From NCBI GenBank assembly GCA_028534125.1, contig CM052831.1:682001-746000 (forward strand): a stretch of 64,000 nt of DNA, in the 5' to 3' direction. The translations under genes and the position numbers were made by a program. This stretch comes from Lama glama. Its lineage: Eukaryota. The number at the start of each line of letters is the position of its first letter. Position 1 is the first letter of the stretch. The notes beneath the pieces were generated by a model. The model had not been told where the DNA came from. It saw only the letters and a program-made list of their open reading frames with translations, and made no database searches. This document shows, one piece after another, positions 11,890 to 21,999 of the stretch.

Positions 11890-13520
11890 CTGTTTTTGCA
11901 TTTCCCTTGAAAGCAGACAAGAGAAGAATGCTCAGGGCCGCCACTGTGATTCCATATTACATTAAAGATCTCAGACTGTGAAATAGGACAAGAAAAGAAA
12001 TTGAAGACATACAAATTAGGGAAGCATTCAAGCAGTTATTTTTTGCAGATGGTACGATTTTCTACTTAGAAAATCAAAAAGAATCTGGAGACGAATTACT
12101 GGCAATTGCAGTTTAGTCATGGAGCTGAATGTAAGCTCCGTGTGCACCCTGCAGATTCAAATGTCAGTTGTACTTCTGTGCATCAAGAAACTTCAAAACA
12201 TTGCTGCCATTTATGTAGCATCAGAAGCTACAAACATAACGAGGTGAATCTAACCAGAGTGACAAAGATCTATATGCAGAAATGTGTAAACTTTTCCTGT
12301 AGGCTGTGAAAGAAAACCTAAATAATGGAAGAAATATCCCATGTTCATAAACCGGAAACTTTAATGTCACAATATAATCTCCCCCAGTTTATCTGCTGAT
12401 TAATACCACTCCAACAAGAGCCTCTGTGGAACTTGTCAGTTTGCTTCTAAAATTGAAATTCATTAGAACTGTCTCCACAGAAGGAAGGCAGGCTCGCCCT
12501 ATCAGATGTGAAGACATTGCAGGACTTCAGCAAGGGATACCGTCAGGTGTTCCTTCAGGGGTGAGCAGATTGACTAATGGAGCAAGTAGAACGTCTCCAC
12601 ACACGTCCACGCACATAGGCAGCTTCTATGTGCCACACACACGTCACCTGGCAAACCAGCCAGGAAAGGAGTTTTCAGCCTGTACCTGGAATAGTTGGTG
12701 GTCCACGCGAAAAAACTGAATTGGTTATCCATATGGGAAAAATTAAGTTACACCCAAAAACCCACTCCAGATAGGTTAAGAACTTGTGTCAAATGTCTGA
12801 AGCAAAAAATGTGAGAGGGAAGTACAGGTGGGAGTTTCTGATTTCAAGGCAGGGAAGGATTTCTTAAAGGACAAAAGTGCTAACTTATGAGGAAGTCTCA
12901 ATTCATTATTAAGATCAAGAGCTTCTGTAAATCAAAGGACGTTTAGAATCAGGTTCAAAAAGTCATGATATGAAACTATATTTGCAAAACACATGAGTGG
13001 CAAAGAATTGGTATCAAGATGGAATACAGAGCACTTCAGACAGTGATAAGAAGAAAGAAAAAACTTAGCGGGCAGAAGATAAAACAGCTGTCGCCAAGAA
13101 AGGCCACGCTGGCAGACGTGCTGAGTGACACCTGTGATCTGGATGTGCGTGCAGGCTACAGCAGGTACAAGAATGTTCGCTGGCAGAAAGGAGCTCGTCT
13201 GAAGAGAGTGGGTGTCGCAGGGAAGGTGTGTTACTTACCCAGGCTGAAGGGCGTGCAGCTGGGCGACCACTCTGGTGCGGCTGTATGAGGGTGAGCACCC
13301 GCACGCCCCGTGGCCCGGCCGCTCGCTCCCGGCTATGCACCTGAGACAGGTGCCTGGGCACACCTCCCAGAAGGAAGGCACGGAAACATTCACAATGGAA
13401 GAGAAACTGTAAACAGCCCCACAGCCCACCTGCAGGAGGCTGAATGAGTGAAATTACGTGTATTCACGTATCGGATGTTACACATCAGTGAGAATTAATG
13501 ATCTGTATCTAATCCTGCAA
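11890..13520 (+). mobile_element. Old L1 ORF2 RT to 3' end, degenerate
   Basis: 'ataggacaagaaaagaaattgaagacatacaaattagg' (IRQEKEIKGIQIG-like), 'tttgcagatggtacgattttctacttagaaaatc' (FADDMIxYLENP-like), 'atatcccatgttcat'. Confidence 0.8.
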
Positions 13521-14699
13521 TTGAGCGTAGAAGCCGTGTTGGGGTGAGAGTCGAAGACACGCTGGCTGATGCTGCGTGGGTCGGCGTGAACTGCCAGCCA
13601 CGCCTTTCCTGAGTTTCTGACCTGCAACATTCTGAGTGAAGTGAAACAAAATGGAGGCTCTCAGGCTCTCTGAGTTTGGGAGGATTCTGCCTCATGGCAC
13701 TAGAAAACCCAAACTTCCCATTTTTCACTTCTTCCGTAACTGGAGTAAAAACGTCCACTTGTTCTCCTGCTACTTTTGGATGCCATTCCTTCCAGTAAAG
13801 TCGTTTAGTACCGCAGCCCTCAGAATAAAGCCAGAGCTCTGAAAACCTTGGAGCATACAGTTTACGCCATAAGCAACAGCATGCAAGATTAAGTGTGGAC
13901 CCAAGGAAACATGGATCAGCACATAGAGCGCTGGATAAGGCAGAACCACCCCTGCCTGCTTTTGAAATAACAGTGGGTCAGCACCTGAAGCTGTCACCTG
14001 GCTTGGTTGTCCTGTGGGGCCGATGCTCCTGTGCCCGTGTCGTTGCCAGGAAGGCTGAGACCACAAGGGCGAGGAGCTCATCTGCGGGAACACAGCTTGC
14101 AGGCAGTGGAGCTGGGGTGGGAACCCACGCAGGCTGGCCCCAGAGCGGGTGCCGTTAGCTTTCCTTCTGTGCTGCCCGCGCAGGCCCGTGCGAGGCACAG
14201 ACGGCGAGCAAGGAGGGGAGGCGTCCAGTGCGGGAGCACAGAGGGAGGCAGAGAGCGTGGGGGCCCCTGCAGCTCCGGCTGGTTTGGGGCCACAGGGAGG
14301 AGGCTTGAGTGTTGTGCACACACTTGGCCCCAGGAGGAGAGGAACTGAAGCTGAGGTGACTCCAGAAAAGCCAGGACCCCTACAGCCCCCATGTGGGGGT
14401 GGGAATGAATGAACTTCACACACCTGCCCAGGAGAGGGAGGCCTGGCCCCTCCATGATTGTGTCTGGGGCATAATCCTCAAGGGAAAGCCAGCCTTGGGC
14501 TCTCCCTCCTGAGGACCTGGAATCTGGCTGTAAACACTGCCTCCTGGTGAGGGGACCGCAGCCAAGAAGCTAACAGGAGTCTGGCCCGGGGGATGGGGTG
14601 CCCACCGCACCCCCAAAACCTGGCATAAACCACAACCAGCCACCAGGAAAAGTCACTTTAACAAGCCAGGCACCAGGAAGTTCCACAGTAGAACTTGCT

Positions 14700-15920
14700 T
14701 GGGGTCAGATAAATATGCATACACACAGCCACACAGACACCCAAAAGGGGATGATTCCATCGTGAGTGAAATTTTTCTGGCAGAAAAAACCCAGGAAGAC
14801 TTGTCCCCTGAAAATTTTAGCTAACTGAAAAATCTGAGAAATTATAAAACAGCAATATTCAACATGATGAAAGAACTAAAATTGGCCTTATAAAAATTGG
14901 CCTTAGGAAGAAAAGAGCAAAAACCACGTCTCGCAGTGGATTTAGAAAAGAACAAAATGGGTTATTAGGAATCAATTAAACGAAAATCAAAGGGTTGACT
15001 GAACAGAGCTGAAAACCTGGTGAATCAAGACAGATCTGAGGAAGGCCGGCGGAAGGCGCAGAGGCTAGAATGATCGGACCCAGCGTACATCGGCCAGGGC
15101 TTCCGACGGAGGAAGAGAGAACGTGAAAGTGGTCAGAGCGTGGAATCTTCCACTTTCTATTAAACGTGTTCTCAAACAGAAGGCTCTCGCTGCACCTAGG
15201 GGAGATGTTAAGCCATGTACGTGTGAACGTCTCCTAGGGGAACTTCAGAACGTCAGAGACAGAAAGGATGTTGTAAAAGGGCCCGGGGAGGAACAGAAGT
15301 TTACCTCCTAGGCACAGCGTCTGGGCTTCGAGAAGTTTCTGAACGGGAGCAGCCAAAACAAAGGAAAATGCCTTCAGAGCACTGAGAGAAAACAGGCATC
15401 AAGCCAGAATTTTACATCGAGCTAAACTGTTGTGCGAGATTGCACGTGATGGCAAGACATGTTCAGGCGGGCTGGGGGCGTCCTGTTAACCGTACTGAAA
15501 ACCTCCCAGGAAGGCACTTCAGGGAGAGGGAGCCTGAGCTCCAGACAAAGGAGGACTGCACGAAGGCAGCAGGGATTGGTGGAACACGGAAAAAGAGGGA
15601 GAAGTACTGACAATAAGCACTGACTGTGGATGATAATTTCAGTGATGATGAGACGGAACCAAAGTACAGCAATGCCGTGTGAAACGGAACCGGCAGTGAT
15701 CGGAGTGAACATGTTCAGAAGTCCTGGGAGATCGACTGACATTTGACGTTGTTAAGTCAAGTACGTGTATTAAAAAATTAACGGAATAGTGTTGGATTGA
15801 ACCACGTCAAGTGGCAGATGTTTGACCAAGGGGATGGCAGTTTCATGTGGTTCGCCCCAATTCCCTGTACAACTTCCCAACGGGAGTAGGTGAAGTGAAG
15901 AAAACGCAGTCTTATCCGTG
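14700..15920 (+). mobile_element. Old L1 ORF1 region, degenerate
   Basis: A-rich coiled-coil-type text, 'gccagaattttacatcgagctaaact' (PRILYPAKL-like), 'aaatgccttcagagcactgagag'. Confidence 0.6.
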
Positions 15921-16232
15921 GAGAGCAGGAAAGAGAGTGGGGGTCCTCCAGCTGCCAGAGGGCAGGGGCGTCCAGAGCGCTCCTGTGCAGACCGGAAGCG
16001 CCTGGGGGAAGACCGGGTGAGAGCAGACGGAGGAAGGCCCGCAGCAGCGGGCCCGCGGGCGCCTGCCTCGTTCCCGTGCACGTGGGGGCCGGTCCTCCTC
16101 CAGGGGGCTCCCAGGCCCTCAGACACATCCTCCTGCTCAGGCGACTACGGGTGGACGAGGCTTCTGGTGCCTTGTTCGGTGTGAAGGTGTAAACACGCAC
16201 GTCCCAGTGAGACGGAGCAGCGCCTGGACTGT

Positions 16233-16635
16233 TCTTTTTTCTTCTTTAGTCGATGTACAGTCAGTTTACAATGTGTGTGTTCCCGGTGTCCAGCACGTTT
16301 CAGTCGTACACACACATGCATATATTCCTTTTCAGATTCTTCTCCATTACAGGTGATTACACGGCACTGAATATAGTTCCCTGTGCTCTACAGTAGGACC
16401 TTGTTGTTTACCTACTTTATACATAGGAGTTAACATTCGCAAATCCCGAACTCCTGGTTTAGCCCTTCGCACCCCTTCCCCGCCCTGGTAACCGTAAGTT
16501 TGTTTGCTGTGTCTGAGTCTGTTTCTGCTTTGTGAATGAGTTCATTTGTGTCATTTTTTTAGATTCCACAGATAAGTGGTATCATACGATGTTTCTCTTT
16601 CTCTCTCTGGCTGACTTCACTTAGCATATACATCG
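16233..16635 (-). mobile_element. Younger cetartiodactyl L1 3' UTR, 5'-truncated
   Basis: Poly-T start, then 'ttttcagattcttctccattacagg...gaatatagttccctgtgctctacagtagg...tttttagattccacagataagtggtatcatac'. Confidence 0.85.
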
Positions 16636-18789
16636 TACTACCTTGACGTAGGTTCCTTATTGAAACACTGTCTCCTTCCTAAGTAAGAATATATATAAAA
16701 TACTGTATATAAATAATGGACAGCAGTGGTCTTCAAGTTTTAGGGTACACATCCCTTTAATAAAAGCTGAACATGCGTCTCATTATCGACTGGCCATCCC
16801 TCCGATATGTGAAACACCAAACTAAAGAAACTAAAGGCGCATAGAAGTGGAAGGAAGAAGGCGCCTCCTGATGCCCGGACGTTGGCAACTCTCCCAGGAA
16901 TGCAGATAGAAGGCCCCAGAGAGCGAGGACTGGGCAACACTGAGCTGTTCCCGGAAGCCCTGAGTGGGCACGTGTTCCCTGGACGATGACTCAACAGTGA
17001 AGTGGCTGTGATCTGGAACTGGAAGAACACTTCCTCGCCGCTGTGAGGTGGGCCGCGGGGGCAGGCGTGACCCCCTGGCCCCGGGGAGGGGGGCCACCAG
17101 CTGGGGCTGCACACATGGCGTGCATCAGACCACCAGTGCGAGGCAGAGGCAGGTGGGAACGGGAAGCACCCACAGATGAGAAAGTATTGCTGTTACTAAT
17201 ATACAGGAGGTTCCCACAAGTTGATAAGAAAACAATTTAAAACCCCAGTAGAACATTGTGCAAAAGATACATGTTGGCTGTTAACAGAGAAAGAAGTGAA
17301 GTGGCCAATAAATGTATAAAAACATACCAGACCTCATTAGTAGTCAAGACAAACCAAATTAGAACAATAATGACATATTTATATTCAAGAGATTGGCAAA
17401 AATGGCGGAGCCCCGATGTTTATTGCCAGGGAGACTGGGGAAGCCGGTGGCCTCGTGGCCCACTGCAGGGAGCTGATGCTGCTCCAGCCCAACGGAACGC
17501 CATTTCTTAGTATCTGTTAAAGTAAAACACTACTGGGCTGTTGGACACGGGAATTTCACTTTGAGGATTTAGGTTATAAAATCAGAAGACCCAGGCCTGA
17601 AGACGCCACTGCAAGTGTGGAGCCAGGTGTTCTAGGGGTGGGAACTCCCTGGGCACACCCATCAGTGGAGGGCACCGTACAGCCTGAGTGTGTGCATCTC
17701 ACGGAGGGTCACCTGCTCCCAGGGAGGGGACAGCGTGAGCGTGGGGTGCAGGCTGGCAGACCAGCAGGGAGGTCCCAGTGCCAGGCCAGAAGCAGCTCCC
17801 ACCGCACCTGCCACACCTGTCACCTGCCCGGACCCCAGGAGGACAGCGTGCCTCCTTCCGGTAAAGTCAAACCGCAGAGATGCCTTGGCTGTCCTGTGTG
17901 ACCGTGGGGACAGGACATGGGTGGGGGAGGGGAGGACACTCATTTTTGTCTTTGTATTTCTTTTTCTGGTTGCAGTTAACTCCTCTGACATTGGTAAGAT
18001 GAAAATTGTGAGATTTCAATAAAAGATGTACTCCAGTAGAAGCCAGAGAGAAGGGTTTATTTAGGGGGTCGTTGAATACACAAGAAAAACATCTTTCATG
18101 GGAAAAACTCTCTTCATTCTCCACAGATGTTTTCTCTCACAAATGAATCCAAACCAGGCGGTCAGAGCCTACTTAATAAAATACAAAATCCAATTCGTAA
18201 TGAATCTTTCATCCGACTGAGAAGATGGGAGTGATCTTGGGCTGGCTGAGCACGTCTGTGAGAAGACTGCACGAAGCACCTGCTTAACGGGGAAATGTTT
18301 AAAATATTCTCATTGAAGCCAGGAGCACGGAGGAGGCCGCCATCCACTCACTCCTCACTTAGCATTTTAAACGTGTGCTGCTTTCTCCTTGTTTCTGTCA
18401 CCCCCGATGCCTTTTGTTTGATTCATCAAATTTTCTTTGATCACTTGTTCTTCAATCTGTTTGGAATTACTCATCCTGCTCCAGCTCAACTAGAGGTCAC
18501 CAGTGGGGACACATGCGTGAAAACGTCCCGAGTCCCCTGCCCTCTCAGATGCAGCATCGATGGCATCCCCGGGAACTAGACAAGATTTCAGCAATTTTTA
18601 GCTCCTCTGAACCTCTCCATCCAAACTCCTCTGTCAGTGCCTCTGGGAATTTCAGTTCCTGATTATTCATCTTGGAGAATCACATTTATTCAGGCTTAAT
18701 AATACAGTTTACTCATTTCCTCACTTTTCGGTCCTTGCAGCCCACTTCTCTTTTCTGCCCACTCGTCTTTCTCCCTGGGAAGAACATTA

Positions 18790-19060
18790 TCTGTGCTTTC
18801 ACTGCAGGCAGCAAAAAACTCAGCTCAAGCTGGCTTTCATAGGAAGGGGCAACTCTCATCAGCCTGCGCGCTATCAAGTCAGAGGAAGCCTCGCTTCAGG
18901 TCCCGTGTGATTGGGATTCAGGCCCTTGTGCCACCCCTCTGTGCTCCCCCCAGCCCCTCCTGTCTGTGCCACATGGTCCAGAGGCGCGAGCACTCTGGTT
19001 ACAGAACTCGAGGTTGGGGCGCGTGCTCGGCGAGCTGAGGGCATGTCCTCGTGGCTTTGA
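18790..19060 (-). mobile_element. Old MLT1 (MaLR) LTR fragment downstream of the PRR20G stop
   Basis: 'tgcaggcagcaaaaaactcagctcaagctggctt...aaggg' resembles the reverse complement of an MLT1J/K-type 3' end. Confidence 0.55.
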
Positions 19061-19472
19061 GGGAATGTCGATGCCGGGCAGACTCTGCCTCCCTTGTCGG
19101 TCTCGCCTCCCAGGCAGCTCCTGGACTTTTCCCGGTGCCGTCCATGCGTGTCACTCTCATACCCGCACAGGATTCGTGTCTTTCTCCAGTGTTCCCTAGG
19201 GTCTGCTCCCCCTCACGGAGCACCGCGTTAGCGCCCTGACTCCTGCAGCTCCCCCCTGCCCCGGTGCCCAAACACCCAGTTCACTGATTTGTCCCTCAGT
19301 CCTGTCCACCCTGTGGGAGCCTACCTAGGCCCTGCCGGGATCCTAGGGGGAGCCTGCAGGCTCCGTCTGGACAACACAAGTGGAGGCTCTGCTGTGGGTG
19401 GGGGAGGCGGCGGGGACGGAAATGGGACTGGAGTTCAGCCTGGAGAAAAGGCGTACTTAGCACATGCCCAGG

Positions 19473-20285
19473 TCAGAGAGAGGGAGGCAGATAGTAGGGG
19501 GCGGAGCGCGGTGGCACTGCGTACAGGTAGGTGCCAAAGGGCATTTGCATGACTATCAAGGCTGAGCCCGAGGGTACAAACCCAACGTAGGGACAGATGG
19601 CTGAAGGCCGGGACCCCTGGAGATCCCAGTACCCGTAGGCGTTGGGGAGCCCCTGGTGTCTCACCCCGAGCAGGTCCCCCAGGGGGTCAGGACCCTGCGG
19701 CCGGTATTGCTGCCCTGCTGCTTGGGTGAAAGGGAGGGATGGGGTCCGCCTGGCTTCTGGCTCCACGGGGTGGCCGGGCTCGTCTCTGTTGTCGAGCTCC
19801 ACGTGTGGATGTGGCCCTGTCCCTCTGCCCCCGCCTCTTCCTGTCCTCTGGCTGCTTCCCCTGTGGCGGCCTCGGCCTCTCTGTGCAGGGCGAGCGGGTT
19901 CCACAGAAGTAGAGGTCTCACGTCTCATGGGTTTCACGTAAGCAAAAGGTTTGCGGGCACGGCCTGGCTGTGCAGGGCCGGCTGCTCCCACGGGGGCTCC
20001 GTCTTCTGCATCAGGGCGGCCTTCCTGCCAGGGGCGTCCACCTGAGGCGGGGGAGAGCCAAAGGGTGAGGAGAGAGAGCAGGCCGCCCGGGGAGCCCCTG
20101 GGCGGGGGTTGAGGAGAGGGGCTTCGTTTCATTTTTCATCAATGCCTCGTTTGCGTCTCCAGGTCATACAAGTAAATACCAAAAGTACAGTGAAAACTGG
20201 GAAATTTTGAAACGAGGTGACAGAAGGCTGACGCACCGTGACCGGGGGCCGTGGCGCAGAAGCGTTTGGAAGGTCTCTCCTCCAT
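19473..20285 (-). CDS. PRR20G: Proline-rich protein 20 family (PRR20G-like); two coding exons, join(20285..20237, 20041..19473), 618 nt, 205 aa
   Basis: Exon 20285-20237 reads MEERPSKRFCATAPGH+G, then the donor GTGCGT. The last exon follows a polypyrimidine tract and CAG, joins in phase (G|GT=Gly) and reads GGRPW...GPAQPGRARKPFAYVKPMRRE...HVELDNRDEPGH...EARRTPSLPFTQAA...CPYVGF...VMQMPFGTYLYAVP to TGA at 19475-19473. These blocks match remembered human PRR20 motifs (MEEPRxSKR, AYVKPMRRE, EARQTPAFSFTEAA, YPCIGF, QTPQGTYVQGVP). AYVKPMRRE favours PRR20G over PRR20A-E (AYVKPFRRQ). Confidence 0.87.
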
Positions 20286-20975
20286 GCGGAACCTGCCGGA
20301 GAGAGGAGCCCGTTAGTCTGAGGGCTCAAGCCACCCCGCCGCCCACGTGCCGGGCGGGAACCGCGTCCCCAGCCGGCCGGGCAGGAGCCGGGGAGCTCGG
20401 AGTGGGGGGCTCCGATGTGCTCGGCTGTTTGCAGAGAGGAGCCGCGCAGGGGCCGGCCTGGGGGTGGGTTCACTGGCTGATCCCCGGAACCGACCGGGCA
20501 GGGTGGGCGAGGTCGGACTACCTCTGGCCAGTCGAGGGGATTCTCCCTCCCCGAGGCGAGGGCGAGGTGGGAGCAGAGGCGGGACGAAGGGGCCGTCTGG
20601 GGGCTGTCCCCGGCCCGCGAGGGCCCTGGACGTCAGTCCCCACGGTAACGCACTCCGTACCTGGTGTCCCCGCTGTTGACGTCTCTGCAGCGGCTCTGGG
20701 AGCCTGGAGTTTCGGCGCCGCTTCCAGGAGACCCTTCCGGGGAGAGGAGCCCGAGAGGTCGGGGGCCCAGAGGTGCCCACCGGACACGACGGGGCTCTGC
20801 GGGGCCTGCGGAGGAGCGTCGGGCGCGCGGGCTCGTCCTCCCCGAGCGCTGCTGGAAGCCCTCTGCGGTCGGTCGGCGGGGCCCAGGCCGCTGTTATAAG
20901 TCCGGGGAGGGCCCCGCCGTGATTGGATAGAAGCGCCAGTGGGCGGGGCCGGTGGACACGCCTCGCTCGACCGAG
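20230..20975. promoter_or_regulatory. CpG island over the PRR20G-like 5' end
   Basis: Visibly very GC-rich with dense CpG over ~750 bp of non-repeat sequence covering the promoter, exon 1 and intron 1. Confidence 0.75.
20661..20868 (-). other. Probable non-coding first exon (5' UTR) of the PRR20G-like gene
   Basis: Donor CAG|GTACGG at 20661/20660. Acceptor CTCTCTCCGGCAG|GTTCCGC-ATG at 20293/20292. TSS inferred ~25-30 nt downstream of the TATA at 20894-20899. Confidence 0.55.
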
Positions 20976-21065
20976 GAGTTCATTGGGTTTTTCTACCAAA
21001 GGGCCCAGCCTTGAGGAAACGGCCACAGACGTTAAGGGTAGATTGAGTGGTTGACCCAATCATTA
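20890..21065 (-). promoter_or_regulatory. Core promoter of the PRR20G-like gene
   Basis: TTATAA 20894-20899; minus-strand CCAAT at 20922-20926 and 20982-20986; GC boxes (CCCCGCC ~20912, GGGCGGGG ~20941); TGACCCAATCA 21052-21062. All lie in canonical order upstream of the first exon. Confidence 0.7.
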
Positions 21066-21999
21066 CAGAAAAATGCATGATTGCATTTGTGTTGAGAGCC
21101 AGTGGGAGGGGAGTGTGGGGCCCCGGGAGTGGTGATGGGAGGGCTTGATTCGGTTTGGTGGGGTGGGGCAGGTGGGTGTCAAAGCCCTCATCCAAGGGAG
21201 GGGTATGTTGGGCTGAAATGGGAAAGATTAGTGGACTCGAACCAGGTTGAGGGGGGAGGGGCGGGCGGGCGGGGGGAGAGCACACGCTCGGCGCAGGGGA
21301 GCCCCCCATCCCAGCCGGAGTGGCGGCCGGGGTAGCTGAAGGGGACCACTCGGGTTCTGGTCTTGTTAGCACAGCGGAAACCACCGAAGGGTTCCAGGGG
21401 AGGCAGACCTGGTGATGGGATTAACATGTCATGGATGACCATGCTGGCAGTGACGTGGAGAGCAGACTGAGGGTGCCCAGCCTAAATCAGGAGGACGGGA
21501 GGCTGCCGCGGTCCCCTGGGCTGGAGGTGGTGTCCTGTTGGATGGGGTGGTCGGAGGCAGACAAGGAGTACATCCATGGTTAGAGAGATGTTCACGAGGG
21601 AAGGAACCAAAGTCGGAGGGTCTGGACGCACCCTGGAAGGAAGGAGCGGATGTGTTTAGATGGAGGATGTACCTGGAATCTGCTCGGAGTGGGAAGGTCA
21701 GGAGCTTGGCTTGTACACATTGGGCTGAAGGAGATTTGAGCAACGAAGTGTGGGGAAGTCAAGTGGCAGTTTTGGGGTCAGGAGCTCAGAGAAAATGTTG
21801 AAGCTGGAGACCCGGGTGGGAGACATCCCTGCAAGCTTCAAACCTGTGGGTGCGAGCTCGGTGGTCCAGGAGGAGAGCAGGGAGACTCGTGGGAACAGGA
21901 TGGCAGCCGTAGTGTTGTTTAAAAGACTCTTGTAAAATTACTGTGTAAATAATGCAGTTCCTCCAAGAGGTCCAATGTTATGTTTGTTTCTTTTCTCTT

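Noticed and set aside
18685-18690. Minus-strand AATAAA as the PRR20G poly(A) signal
   Set aside because: It is the nearest canonical hexamer but lies ~790 nt past the stop and beyond an MLT1 fragment. It cannot be supported without transcript data.
20042-20132. N-terminus MKRSPSPQ...LLSLLTLWLSP of the listed 219-aa ORF (signal-peptide-like)
   Set aside because: It is the translated intron and polypyrimidine tract. The homologous start exon lies at 20285-20237.
20207-21059. 230-aa (+) and 248-aa (-) ORFs over the CpG island
   Set aside because: Stop-poor GC-rich sequence, non-ATG starts, no recognisable protein.
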